Origin: Candidatus Wolframiiraptor sinensis
GTDB taxonomy: Archaea > Thermoproteota > Nitrososphaeria_A > Caldarchaeales > Wolframiiraptoraceae
Assembly: GCA_023261815.1 (NCBI GenBank)
Contig: JALNKA010000011.1
Location: 1 to 28,199 of the forward strand
Length of the DNA: 28,199 nucleotides
Direction of reading: 5' to 3'
In this document: piece after piece, positions 16,555-26,292 of the stretch
Layout: each line of letters begins with the position of its first letter
How positions within the stretch are numbered: position 1 is the stretch's first letter
Made by a program: the position numbers and the translations under genes
The notes under the pieces: generated by a model
Seen by the model: the letters and a program-made list of their open reading frames with translations, nothing else
The model's database searches: none
Told to the model about the DNA's origin: nothing

Positions 16555-17855
16555 TTCACGTAATCTTCGATCCTGATCTCATCTTCTCCGGGTATCCTCG
16601 CCCTAATGAACTTGCTCCTATCGGCGGAGAGCGGTATTGTCGCGTCCAGGCCGGCCTTGCACGTCCTCCTAGTAACCTGATCGGCTGATGGGTCTAGGGA
16701 TGATCCAAGCTCATTCGGCTTCAACACGAGATCTCGATCGAGCTGAGCCCTCGTCGCTATGGCCCACTCGAGGTCAAGCGGATTCGAGAGATCTATATCG
16801 TCATCAACGACTATTACGTGCTTCAAGCTTCCATGAGCCCTCAACGCAGCTTCAATAACCCTTCTAGGATCATCATCGCTCCTCTTCCTGATGCTTATCG
16901 CGCAGTGAAGCCAATTGCATCCGCCCGGCGTAAGCCTGACATCCACGACCTCGCATACCTTCGATGCTTCGGCGTAGATCGCAGCCTCCCTCGGCATGCC
17001 CATCAAATTCCTGTGTTCGCTTCCGGCCGGAAGTATCTGCTGGAATATCGGATTCCTCCTCATCGTGATGCACTCTATCTCGATGACCCTCTCCTTTCTA
17101 ACGATGTCATATGTTCCGGTTATGTCTATGAATGGACCCTCATCGGCCCTCTCATCCGTTATCCTTCCCTCGATGACCAGCTCGCAGTCCGCTGGAACGA
17201 GAGTATCGCTCGTCAAGGCCTTGGCATATCTCATCGGGGCGAGAGCCGCCGCTATGTCAAGCTCGCTGACGCCGATCTTCCAGGTGACTGCGGCCGCAAG
17301 CATGAAAGCTGGATGATTTCCGACAGCTATCGCGACCCTCCTAACACCCCTCCTGATGAACTCGTCGAGATGCCTCGGCAGTATCCTTGCTGCAACCCTT
17401 CTTTCATCTAGGAGCATGAGCCTATGATAGCTCGCGTTATGCCCCAGCTCGGGGTCGCGGGCGATCACTATCCCGGCGGTCATGTATGGGCCGCCATCCC
17501 TCTCGCCGAAGATCAGGAATGGAAGCTTCCTAAGATCGGGGTCATCGATCACGATCTCCTGGCATGGCGGATCCTTCACGATCTCGCCTCTTCCAGGCTT
17601 CTCCATCGCATCGGCAATTCTCTTCAGGAGATCGCGCTCAGATATTCCCAGAGCTCTGGCCAGAATACTCCTATCGGCGCAGAGATTTCCGAGAAGCTTT
17701 AAGCCCGGAGCTTCCCGCACATCATGGAAAAGGACGGGTCTCGGATCCAGCCTCTTCATCAGTGCGGCGGCCTCATACCTCGTCGAGACGGGTCTCCGAA
17801 CGTGGACGAGAAGCCCCTCTTCATCCAGTAACTCGAGAAAGCTTCTCAGGCTCAT
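16551..17855 (-). CDS. UbiD-family decarboxylase; probable anhydromevalonate phosphate decarboxylase
   Basis: DGGPY, N.SYHR, EGPF.DITGTYD, VVDDDID, EWAIATR, GSSLDPS, GLDAT; in an operon with the AcnX subunits. Confidence 0.88.
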   Translation of the reverse strand: MSLRSFLELLDEEGLLVHVRRPVSTRYEAAALMKRLDPRPVLFHDVREAPGLKLLGNLCADRSILARALGISERDLLKRIADAMEKPGRGEIVKDPPCQEIVIDDPDLRKLPFLIFGERDGGPYMTAGIVIARDPELGHNASYHRLMLLDERRVAARILPRHLDEFIRRGVRRVAIAVGNHPAFMLAAAVTWKIGVSELDIAAALAPMRYAKALTSDTLVPADCELVIEGRITDERADEGPFIDITGTYDIVRKERVIEIECITMRRNPIFQQILPAGSEHRNLMGMPREAAIYAEASKVCEVVDVRLTPGGCNWLHCAISIRKRSDDDPRRVIEAALRAHGSLKHVIVVDDDIDLSNPLDLEWAIATRAQLDRDLVLKPNELGSSLDPSADQVTRRTCKAGLDATIPLSADRSKFIRARIPGEDEIRIEDYVK

Positions 17856-17967
17856 TCAAGCAGCTGATATCCCACACGACACCATGTATTAAGGTATCCT
17901 TCTCGCCGCATGCTATCGATCGCATCTAATGGTTTATCTTCCGCCCAGCGCATGATATGGATCGCCC

Positions 17968-18333
17968 TTGTCTCCCAGGTTCGTGGTTCATGAGCATCAC
18001 GCGAGGAGGGCTGGCCTGCACTATGATCTCAGGCTTGAGATAGGCGGCGTCTTGAAGTCCTGGGCCTTCAGGAAGGAGCTCCCGACGAGCCGCGGCGTGA
18101 AAAGGCTCGGAATACCGCAGCCTGATCACGAGCTTTGGTACGCGGATTTCGAGGGCGTGATCGAGGAGGGCTATGGAGCGGGCGTCGTCAATATATGGGA
18201 TAAGGGGGAGTTCAAGCTCATGGAATACGAGGAGGACAAGAAGATAGTTTTCGAGTGCATGGGATCAAGGTTAAGAGGAAGATACGCTATGGTGAATATC
18301 GGGAGGGGCTGGCTACTATTCAAGATCGCGTGA
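17968..18333 (+). CDS. Stand-alone LigD-type 3'-phosphoesterase (PE) domain protein
   Basis: RFVVHEHHARR..LHYDLRLE..GVLKSWA, DH, FEG.I..GYGAG.V.IWDKG. Confidence 0.9.
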   Translation: MSPRFVVHEHHARRAGLHYDLRLEIGGVLKSWAFRKELPTSRGVKRLGIPQPDHELWYADFEGVIEEGYGAGVVNIWDKGEFKLMEYEEDKKIVFECMGSRLRGRYAMVNIGRGWLLFKIA

Positions 18334-18342
18334 GGGATCGAG

Positions 18343-19080
18343 GTGATGGGGATATTGCTCAAGATCGAGAACCTGCACGTCGCGGTTAGGGACAGGTTGA
18401 TACTCAAAGGCGTGAACCTCGAGGTCGGCGATGGTGAAGTCCATGTAATCTTCGGGCCCAATGGCTCGGGGAAATCTACCCTTGCGATGGCGATAATGGG
18501 TCACCCGGAATACAGGATCGTGAGCGGTAGAATAATCTTCGATGGAGAGGACATAACGGAGAAGCCGATAGACGAGAGGGCCAGGATGGGAATAAGCATA
18601 GCTTTCCAGAATCCGCCGAAGCTTCACGGGATAAGGCTGAAGGATCTCCTCGCGAGAATAGCATCTGAGAACGGCGTTGGCGAAAAATTCTTAGAGATAG
18701 TCGATAAGCTCAACATATCGCGAGAACATCTGAGTAGATACGTGAATGTCGGGTTCTCGGGCGGCGAGATCAAAAGGTGCGAGATCGCTCAGGCGCTGGC
18801 CTCGAATCCGAAGCTCCTAATACTCGATGAACCGGACTCGGGCGTGGATGTTGAGAACCTCGAGCTCATCGGCAGATTTCTCTCCGAAAGCTTGAGGAAT
18901 AGATCCGCCCTGATCATAACTCATCACGGGCACATTCTGAGGCACCTGAAGCCCATGAAAGCCCATGTCCTCATAGATGGAATGATAGCGTGCGAGGGGG
19001 ACCCGGAGCAGATACTCAGCAGGATAATGAGGGATGGTTATAGGTGGTGCGAGAGATGCAGATTGATGAGGGGCGGCTGA
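18343..19080 (+). CDS. sufC: Fe-S assembly ATPase SufC (SmsC-like)
   Basis: GPNGSGKST, FQNP, NVGFSGGE.KR.E, LDEPDSGVD, ITH; C-terminal CERC. Confidence 0.9.
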   Translation: MMGILLKIENLHVAVRDRLILKGVNLEVGDGEVHVIFGPNGSGKSTLAMAIMGHPEYRIVSGRIIFDGEDITEKPIDERARMGISIAFQNPPKLHGIRLKDLLARIASENGVGEKFLEIVDKLNISREHLSRYVNVGFSGGEIKRCEIAQALASNPKLLILDEPDSGVDVENLELIGRFLSESLRNRSALIITHHGHILRHLKPMKAHVLIDGMIACEGDPEQILSRIMRDGYRWCERCRLMRGG

Positions 19081-20261
19081 GAGAGGCTCTCGGAAAGCCG
19101 GCTGAGCACGGCGAAGACTTGGATCTCGATGAGTTCGAGCGGGAGCCAGGAGTGAGAGCCGAGGTGGATGAGGATGTTAGGAGGAGGAGCCTCGAGGTCG
19201 GGGTTGATCTGGGCAAGGCCTCATCACTCACAACATTCCTTCAAGTAGATCACGAGATAGCGTATAGGGCGATACAGAAGCAGTTTCAGGGAGATATCGA
19301 GCTCATGCCCATACAGGAGGCGGTTGAGAAGCATCCATGGGTTCGAGAGCATCTCTGGAGCCTCGTAAGCCCATACGCGGACAAGTATACGGCGTATAAT
19401 GCGCTGAAATCCGCGGGCGGCTTCTTCCTCAGAATACTGGAGGGCAGAAGGCTTCACATGCCGATACAGGCCTGCTTCCTCTCATACTCGCCGGGGATAA
19501 TCCAGAGCGTCCACAACATCATAGTGGCGGAGCCGGGCTCCGAGGCATGCGTGATCACGGGATGCACGATGAGGAGGCGTGATCAGAGGGGCCTGCACAT
19601 CGGCGTAACCGAGATATTTATCGGGCCCGGGGCGAGGCTAAACTACACCATGGTCCACAGGTGGGGGCCGAGCTTCCACGTAAGGCCCAGGACTGGTATA
19701 GCGCTCGATGAGGGAGCGGTGCTATCATACAACTACGTGCTCCTCGGAGCGGTGGGCAGCTTCCAGTCAAAGCCGTCCGCCGTGCTTAAAGGGGGAAATG
19801 CCGCGGTATCCATGAACAATGTAATCTACCTCGATGGCTCCTCAAGGATGGATTTGGGCGGTGACTGCCTGATTGCCGGAAGGGGTTGCAGGGCCGAGCT
19901 GATAACAAGTGCCGTGGCATCTGGTAGGGCAAAGCTCGCAGTCAGGGGGAGAGTTGTGTGCGAGGCGGATGATGGCCGCGGCCACATAAGCTGCAGGGGC
20001 TTAATGCTCTCCGATGAGGCCGAGGTGTATGCGATACCGGAGCTGGTTTCGAGGAGGATGAGCGCGTCGCTGACGCACGAGGCGGCGATAGGCAGGATCT
20101 CCGAGGATCAGCTGGTATACCTAATGGCGAGAGGCTTCTCGAGGGAGGAGGCGGAGTCCATAATAGTCAGGGGATTCCTAGATGTATCATCCCTGAATCT
20201 GCCGAGCTTCCTGGAGGAGTCGATCAAAAAGATTATAGACCTCGCCGTCAAAGGATTCTAG
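19044..20261 (+). CDS. sufB: Fe-S assembly scaffold SufB/SufD family (SmsB-like)
   Basis: HNIIVAE, ITGC, H.W...HVRPR, GHISCRGL, IPEL, LTHEAAIGRI..QL.YLMARG. Confidence 0.88.
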   Translation: MVREMQIDEGRLREALGKPAEHGEDLDLDEFEREPGVRAEVDEDVRRRSLEVGVDLGKASSLTTFLQVDHEIAYRAIQKQFQGDIELMPIQEAVEKHPWVREHLWSLVSPYADKYTAYNALKSAGGFFLRILEGRRLHMPIQACFLSYSPGIIQSVHNIIVAEPGSEACVITGCTMRRRDQRGLHIGVTEIFIGPGARLNYTMVHRWGPSFHVRPRTGIALDEGAVLSYNYVLLGAVGSFQSKPSAVLKGGNAAVSMNNVIYLDGSSRMDLGGDCLIAGRGCRAELITSAVASGRAKLAVRGRVVCEADDGRGHISCRGLMLSDEAEVYAIPELVSRRMSASLTHEAAIGRISEDQLVYLMARGFSREEAESIIVRGFLDVSSLNLPSFLEESIKKIIDLAVKGF

Positions 20262-20265
20262 GAGC

Positions 20266-20766
20266 TTGGCATCTGAGGAAGGAGTGATCGGGGAGGTTAA
20301 GAGGCTTCGAGTAGAGCTCTCGGAGAAGCTCCATGAGCTCGAGGAGAGGATTAGAAGGCTTGAGGACATTGTCTCTCCATCGAAGCTGATCGCGATAAAC
20401 TGGAGGATCGCGCACGTGGAGGCTTTCGCTCACAGGATCCTATCACTGTCCAAAAATACTCTCACAAGCGTGCCCGAGATAGAGAGGGACTTGAGGGACT
20501 ATTTCAGCGACCTCGGAGACTTGGCGAAGCTTATTGAGAGGGAGATCGGCTCGGTGGATTGGGACCTCATAAGGTCCTGCACATTTGTGGTGATGCGCGC
20601 AGCTAGGACGGCTGGCCTACCATTCAGGACGATCGCGAGCATCGCGATCGAGAAGCTCGGTGGATTAGCTGTGGAGGCGATAGACGAGAACGCCGTCAAA
20701 GAGGTATACGGGTTTGTGGACTGGGATTACTGGAGGAGCTTAGCTGCGAAGTTAAAGAAACCCTAG
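20266..20766 (+). CDS. Hypothetical protein with an N-terminal coiled coil
   Basis: 166 aa, starts 4 nt after sufB, host-like composition. Confidence 0.65.
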   Translation: MASEEGVIGEVKRLRVELSEKLHELEERIRRLEDIVSPSKLIAINWRIAHVEAFAHRILSLSKNTLTSVPEIERDLRDYFSDLGDLAKLIEREIGSVDWDLIRSCTFVVMRAARTAGLPFRTIASIAIEKLGGLAVEAIDENAVKEVYGFVDWDYWRSLAAKLKKP

Positions 20767-21131
20767 AAGCCGATGTAGTGTATCCTTACGTGATTCCAAT
20801 ACTCCTCCTCGTAGGGGGTTATGAAGCCGCAGTGTGGGCAGATGAAGAAGCTCGAGCCGCGGCTCCCTCCCTCTCCCGACTCCTCATCCTCGACCACGAC
20901 CTCGCTCTCGGAGCTCGTTATTCCGCGAAACTTTATCCCGAGATCAAGTAGCGTTCTCGCGGTGAGCTTGGCTATCCCATCCACATCCAGCGAGCCGCCG
21001 GCGAAGCTATCATCCAAGATTATCTGAGACCTGTTGATGACCGGCATTATCCCCATCGGCGCCAGAACCTCTGATAGCCTCGCCGCCAGCTTCTCCGCGT
21101 TCCTCTCCCACCTCATCCTTATCCTTATCAA
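20763..21131 (-). CDS. Hypothetical protein with a C-terminal C2H2-type zinc finger
   Basis: FICPHCGFITPYEEEYWNHVRIHY (CxxC-x12-H-x3-H). Confidence 0.7.
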   Translation of the reverse strand: MIRIRMRWERNAEKLAARLSEVLAPMGIMPVINRSQIILDDSFAGGSLDVDGIAKLTARTLLDLGIKFRGITSSESEVVVEDEESGEGGSRGSSFFICPHCGFITPYEEEYWNHVRIHYIGF

Positions 21132-22188
21132 GCTTCTTCATCCTCCTAATGGCCCTCCTATAATAGGCTAGCGGGCTCCTGACGCCGCCGCCGCATAGAG
21201 CGCCATCCTTCACGCACAGGCCATTGGTCTTCATCGTGCTGCAGCTCGGAGCCGTATACCTCGTCCTGCTGCCCCTTAGGCCGGCTATATGCTCAACCTG
21301 ATATCTCGCGATCCTCTCATTGAAGTCCGGCCTATTCGCGTAGAACCTGATTATCTCGTGGGGCTCAAACCCTATGTTCGAGAGGAATGCGGCGAAGGAG
21401 AAGTTTGCGAAGTGGCTTATGTTCTCTCCGGCCATGAGCTTATCGGCTATGGCCCTCATGCACGGCGGCCAAGTCTCCGGCCCAGTTTTAACAGCGTCCA
21501 GCTCGAGCTCCACCGCGGCCGGCATCTTCCCCCTTATCTCCTTGATCGCTTCCTCAACCGGCCCGGGAAGCGCTCCAATCTTCCCAACCCTCTCTATCAG
21601 GGATAAGACGTGCTCCATCACGCGATCCTTCAAAAGCCTGATGAGCTCATGGGATGTTACGAGGACTCTCCCGCGCTCGACGACCCGGTTCACGAGCTTC
21701 CACTCCGGCCTATTGAATGCGAGAGCGCCCCTCAGGTAATCCCTCAAGCCCAGCGAGTAGCCGTAGGATACGCCGCCTATGACCCTCGCATCCTGCCTAA
21801 CATCCATGCTGAAGACATCCCGCGCGATCTTGAGAACTATCTCATCCCTCCATTCCGGATCCTCTGACTCGAGTAGCTTGATCGTGAGGGAGGCGGTCGC
21901 GAGAGCAAATCTCCTCGCGAGTCTCTTATCGCCCATTGCTGCTATCATCGCGATTGAGAGCGGGAATGATGCCAGCTCGATGAAGTCATCATCTGAGAGG
22001 CCGGAGAGCTCAATCTCATCGCCGCGCTCGATCGCCTCGAGGATCCTTCTCTTCGCCCTCTCGACGACCTTCAGGTAAGCCGGATCATTGAAGCTCTCGA
22101 GGGTTATCCCATACTCCGCGAGCCTCCGCCTAGCCTCAGGCAGGAACGGGTATCTGGCGGTTATCGAGAGCCCCTTAATCGAGGCCAT
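21010..22188 (-). CDS. priL: DNA primase large subunit
   Basis: RYPFL, WKLVNR...G.V, PPCM, H..NF..AAFL, PDFNE.IARYQVEHIAG, Y..PSC.TM...GLC, SPL.YY. Confidence 0.92.
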   Translation of the reverse strand: MASIKGLSITARYPFLPEARRRLAEYGITLESFNDPAYLKVVERAKRRILEAIERGDEIELSGLSDDDFIELASFPLSIAMIAAMGDKRLARRFALATASLTIKLLESEDPEWRDEIVLKIARDVFSMDVRQDARVIGGVSYGYSLGLRDYLRGALAFNRPEWKLVNRVVERGRVLVTSHELIRLLKDRVMEHVLSLIERVGKIGALPGPVEEAIKEIRGKMPAAVELELDAVKTGPETWPPCMRAIADKLMAGENISHFANFSFAAFLSNIGFEPHEIIRFYANRPDFNERIARYQVEHIAGLRGSRTRYTAPSCSTMKTNGLCVKDGALCGGGVRSPLAYYRRAIRRMKKLDKDKDEVGEERGEAGGEAIRGSGADGDNAGHQQVSDNLG

Positions 22189-22217
22189 CTACGGTCAAGA
22201 TTGCTGGGGTGCAGCTA

Positions 22218-22787
22218 TTAAGCTAAGCCCTCCGCCATCCTCATTAAAAGCCCCCTGAGCTCCGGGCTCCTAATCTCCCTCAAAGCGGACTCGTAGATCT
22301 CCCACGCCCCAGCGTATCCGGATTTTATGTAGCTGAGGGCTTGAAGGCCCATCTCGAGCTTATCCACGTCCCTAACGAGCCTCGCGGTTTCGCTCGACCC
22401 CTCAGAATACTTCCTCCAAGCATCAATAAGTTTCTCGGCGGCCTCGTCGGGAAGAGCTTTGGCCATCTCCATGATCACCTCCGCCTCCCTCTCCCCCAGA
22501 TCCCCGATCCTCTCCTTCTCTCTTGGAGTAAGATCTCCGATGAAGGCTTCCGGTAGATCATGTATCAGAGCTATTCTCATCGCCTCCGCCGCGTCGAGGT
22601 CCATGAGATCTGCCAAGATCATCGAGAGCACGGCGACGGCGTAGCAGTGGGCAGCAACGCTCTCTGGATTCCTCACGCCCCTCTTGAGCCAGCCGGTTCT
22701 CCTAAGCTCCTTAAGCCTTACAACGGCATCATGGATCCTCGCAAGCCCCTCTACCGAGAGCATCAGAGAGATCTGGCGAATAACCAC
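22218..22787 (-). CDS. HD-domain 5'-deoxynucleotidase (YfbR/HDDC2-like)
   Basis: LK...RTGW..RGV..PESVAAH, HDLPEA..GD, DVDKLEM. Confidence 0.88.
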   Translation of the reverse strand: MVIRQISLMLSVEGLARIHDAVVRLKELRRTGWLKRGVRNPESVAAHCYAVAVLSMILADLMDLDAAEAMRIALIHDLPEAFIGDLTPREKERIGDLGEREAEVIMEMAKALPDEAAEKLIDAWRKYSEGSSETARLVRDVDKLEMGLQALSYIKSGYAGAWEIYESALREIRSPELRGLLMRMAEGLA

Positions 22788-22907
22788 GTATTATCCCTGC
22801 GCTCGAGCCCGGGAAATGCTTAACACCCGGCACTATGAAAGCAGGGCCATGGCTCCCTGCTGCAAGAAATCCGCGAAAAAGAAGAAGGGGGAGAAGGAGT
22901 CTCCGCC

Positions 22908-24182
22908 CTAAACAATCCTCAACCCCATCTTTTTCTCAGCCAATATCTTCCCGAGCCTCTTCTGGATGCCCGAGCTATATTGCGCGGCCTTCTTCGGCTT
23001 CTCGAGAATCCCCATCGGGATCCCGAGAATCTCGGCGGCCTTCCTGAGAATCCACTTCCTGATAACCCTGCCATCCAAGATCCTCAGCTTGAGACTTGGG
23101 TCGATTGAGAGGGCGACCTCATAAATGGATTTAGCGACATAGGGCGCGAGCAACTGGGATCCGGCGAGAGCGGCCGCAAGCTCATCCCTCACCAGATTCT
23201 TCTCGTGGATCATCTCGACATCTCTTCTCATTAGCTCGGCCGCTGCCTCGATACCGCCCTCGAGCACGGCTTTCTCGTATCTCCAGTAGCCGCCGAAGAG
23301 CTCATCAGCACCCTGCCCGACGACGAGCATGCCTCGACCCCTCCTAGCGGCAAGAAGCACTATCGAACCTATCGAGAGATCCATGAGCCCGGCTCTCGGA
23401 AGATGGCTTAACAGGAGACTCGCGGCCTCGGCTAGCTCCGCGTCATGGGGCTCCAAGATCTCGAGTTCGATTCCTAGAAGATCTGCCGCCTCGCGTGCCC
23501 ATAGGTGATCGAGGCTTCCCCTCATCGCCACTGTAATCCCCTTAACTCTTCTGCCCAGTAGAGCTGCTAGATGCGCGAGGATCGAGCTATCGAGCCCCCC
23601 GGAGAAGCCGAGGAAGACCTGATCTGGGAGATACTTCTCGGCGGTGCTCATCAACCTCTCGGCGAGCTCCCTCGGGCTACTCATCGCCCATGGCGCGGGA
23701 TCATACCACCTGATTATCTTGGAGCCGAATGAGTTCAGAATTAGCATGTGGCCCGGCTCTAGGGTTTTTGCGGCCGGCCCAAGCGCCGATCTGCTTAAGG
23801 CCGCTGTGAGAGCCTTAGCGGTCTTCGCGTATCCTAGTGGCATGTGGCCAACATGATCCCTGAATAGCATGATACTCTCTCGATCGATGATGACGCCGGA
23901 GAAGAATTGGTCGAGGCCCCTCAGCGACCTCACGTGATCCTCCGACTCCAATAACTTCTCGAGGCGGCTCTCATCTAGGGGTGGATAATGGGCGCACGCG
24001 ATCAGCCTATCACTCTTCTCGAGAATCTCTCCCTCCCTCGCGGCCACGCACGCGAATCCCATCACGGTCTCGATCTCGATCAGCCTATGCGGCCTGGTAA
24101 GCCTGTATCTCTGCGCGGCCGCGATGCTCTCGGCGATGCTTCTCGCTTCCTCGGCTCTCTTGGCCACCGCGAGCCCTATCAT
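22908..24182 (-). CDS. Asparagine synthetase-like ATP pyrophosphatase
   Basis: RDHVG..PL, FSGGLDSS, GQGADELFGGY, KWILR, KKAAQY; start placed at ATG 24182, just after the upstream stop. Confidence 0.8.
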   Translation of the reverse strand: MIGLAVAKRAEEARSIAESIAAAQRYRLTRPHRLIEIETVMGFACVAAREGEILEKSDRLIACAHYPPLDESRLEKLLESEDHVRSLRGLDQFFSGVIIDRESIMLFRDHVGHMPLGYAKTAKALTAALSRSALGPAAKTLEPGHMLILNSFGSKIIRWYDPAPWAMSSPRELAERLMSTAEKYLPDQVFLGFSGGLDSSILAHLAALLGRRVKGITVAMRGSLDHLWAREAADLLGIELEILEPHDAELAEAASLLLSHLPRAGLMDLSIGSIVLLAARRGRGMLVVGQGADELFGGYWRYEKAVLEGGIEAAAELMRRDVEMIHEKNLVRDELAAALAGSQLLAPYVAKSIYEVALSIDPSLKLRILDGRVIRKWILRKAAEILGIPMGILEKPKKAAQYSSGIQKRLGKILAEKKMGLRIV

Positions 24183-24186
24183 CAGG

Positions 24187-24672
24187 CTATACTCCCAGCA
24201 GCAGCTCCTCAGGCCCGATTCCAACCTGGTGAAAAATCTCCTCCTCGATCTTCGCGGGCCCGACGCCCGCCCTCGCCTTAAGCTCCCTATACTTCTCGTA
24301 AAACGCGGATCTCACGAGGTCAACTTGATGGAATAGCTCCTCGCCATCCCTGTACTCGAGCTCCCTCCTCATCATCCTAAATCCATCATTCGTCTTCTCG
24401 GAGAGCTGATACCGGATTACTCCTCCCAGCTTCATCAATGACTCGATCTTTATCTCGTTCTTGATGTTCGCCTCCGCCTCCACGAGAATCGAGTAGAGCT
24501 TTCTGGTGCCGCCCTCATCGACCAGCACATCGATCGCGAAGCCGCATCTACCATGCCTCATGTATATTGCGCGCTCATGCGGGAGATGCCTGTGGGTGGC
24601 GAGGCCGACAACGCTCGGCCTCCTGATCAACTCGATTATCTCGCGAGTCACGGAAAGCTCCCTAGCGGCCAT
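24187..24672 (-). CDS. Hypothetical protein
   Basis: 161 aa, ATG start, TTAAATA-like box about 25 nt upstream, tightly coupled to the next gene. Confidence 0.7.
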   Translation of the reverse strand: MAARELSVTREIIELIRRPSVVGLATHRHLPHERAIYMRHGRCGFAIDVLVDEGGTRKLYSILVEAEANIKNEIKIESLMKLGGVIRYQLSEKTNDGFRMMRRELEYRDGEELFHQVDLVRSAFYEKYRELKARAGVGPAKIEEEIFHQVGIGPEELLLGV

Positions 24673-24776
24673 GGCACGTCATATTTCTCCAGCCCTCTAT
24701 TTAAGCAGAATTCGCGGAAAGGATTCCGGGATTAGGCTTATATCTTGGAATCCTCGGGCTATGTGGGAGATAGAGG

Positions 24777-25757
24777 ATGGTCAAGGACTCAAGGCCGAAA
24801 ACGGGCTCACTCGCCTTCCTGCCCAGATGCAGGGCTAGCCGCCTCGTTCCCAGAGTGAAATATTGGCCGCCATATGAGGGCGAGCCGAAGCCCCTCGGCT
24901 TCCTGGGCTACAAGGCTGGGCACCTCACAGCATATTACGTGGACACGACCCCCAATTCTCCGACGCAGGGCCAGGAGGTCGCCAAAGTGGCTACGGTCAT
25001 AGTTGCTCCGCCGATGCTCGTGGCGGGCCTAGTAGCATACGCTGAGGAGAATAATGCCCTGAGGGAGCTCGTGAGAGTCTGGAGTAGCAAGGCTCCAGCG
25101 GACCTAATGAGCAGGAAGACCTCGAACTGGAAGCCGAACGAGGAGGACCTAAGGAGGCTCGAGTCGCTGCGAAGAGAGATCGCGGAGATCAGGATAATCG
25201 CCGCAGCATTCCCCAAGCAAGCGGGCCTCTCGAAAAAGAAGCCGGATATATTAGAGATTAAGATCGGCGGAGACGTGGAGAAGGCGGTAGACTACGCGAT
25301 CTCGAAGCTGGGCCAGGAGATCAGGGTGAATGAAGTCTTCAAGCCGGGAGACTTCATAGACGTCATCGCTGTGACGAAGGGCAAGGGATTCGCCGGCGTC
25401 GTGAAGCGCTGGGGAGTCTCGATTCTGCCGAGGAAGAAGAGGAAAGGCAGGCGGGTCGTCGGAGCCATCGGCAGCAGAACTCCCGGCTACGTCCCATACA
25501 CCGTGCCAAGGCCGGGCCAGCTGGGATACCATAGGAGAACGGAGTTCAATAAGCGTATACTCGCGATAGGAGATGATGGATCAAAGGTCACGCCGAAGGG
25601 CGGGTTCCCCCACTTCGGCATTATAAGAACGACGTATATACTGCTTGAGGGAACTGTTCCGGGAACGCCGAAGAGGCCGATAGTCCTCCGTGCGCCGGCT
25701 AGGCCTCCGCCGGCAATAGAGCCGCCGCAACTGATATATGCAGGGATCCCGGTTTAG
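24777..25757 (+). CDS. rpl3: 50S ribosomal protein L3
   Basis: GSLAF.PR.RA, GYKAG, DVIAVTKGKGF.GVVKRWG, GYHRRTEFNK, TPKGGFPHFG. Confidence 0.96.
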   Translation: MVKDSRPKTGSLAFLPRCRASRLVPRVKYWPPYEGEPKPLGFLGYKAGHLTAYYVDTTPNSPTQGQEVAKVATVIVAPPMLVAGLVAYAEENNALRELVRVWSSKAPADLMSRKTSNWKPNEEDLRRLESLRREIAEIRIIAAAFPKQAGLSKKKPDILEIKIGGDVEKAVDYAISKLGQEIRVNEVFKPGDFIDVIAVTKGKGFAGVVKRWGVSILPRKKRKGRRVVGAIGSRTPGYVPYTVPRPGQLGYHRRTEFNKRILAIGDDGSKVTPKGGFPHFGIIRTTYILLEGTVPGTPKRPIVLRAPARPPPAIEPPQLIYAGIPV

Positions 25758-26182
25758 GTTCCAGTTATTCGCCGCTCCTGCCTCTTGAGCGAGCTCCAGG
25801 CATCCTCAACCCACTTGATTATCATCATAGCATAGCTTATCGCTGCCCTCGCATTCTGCCTCGTGTAGTAGTTTGAGGGTACACCCTCCACCCATGCATC
25901 CGGATACCTCGTCGGCAGAAAGAGCTTATCCAGCTCGCTCACCGCCTTCGTTATACTGGATGAGTCCAAGTCCTTCGGCAGGCCCGCGAGCATCCTCGTC
26001 AAGCTATGCGTATCATAGAGTATTCCAAGCCCCTTTAGAAGACCCTTCAGAGCGCACTCAGCGGCTTGCTCCGCCTTAAAGCATGACCAGTTATACTCTC
26101 CCCGCGAGAGATCGGCCTTCGCGGACTCCAGGGCTTGACAAGCAGCCCTTATCCACCGCGAATACTCAAATTCATTAAGCAA
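25754..26182 (-). CDS. HEPN-domain protein (no adjacent MNT)
   Basis: W...A...LESA..DL..G.YNWSCF.AEQAAE.ALK, THSL, LDKLF.PTRYPD; probable TTG start at 26182. Confidence 0.85.
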   Translation of the reverse strand: MLNEFEYSRWIRAACQALESAKADLSRGEYNWSCFKAEQAAECALKGLLKGLGILYDTHSLTRMLAGLPKDLDSSSITKAVSELDKLFLPTRYPDAWVEGVPSNYYTRQNARAAISYAMMIIKWVEDAWSSLKRQERRITGT

Positions 26183-26285
26183 GGATCCCCGGTTCTCGTA
26201 AGAATTCCTCAAAATGCGGATATAACATTTTCCATGAGCGCTTTGAATGGTGATGGGAGCTCGGCGGCCGCCTCTCAAAGACACC

Positions 26286-26292
26286 TTAAATA
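26286..26292 (+). promoter_or_regulatory. TATA box for rpl4-rpl23
   Basis: TTAAATA about 27 nt upstream of ATG 26319 (leaderless spacing). Confidence 0.5.
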
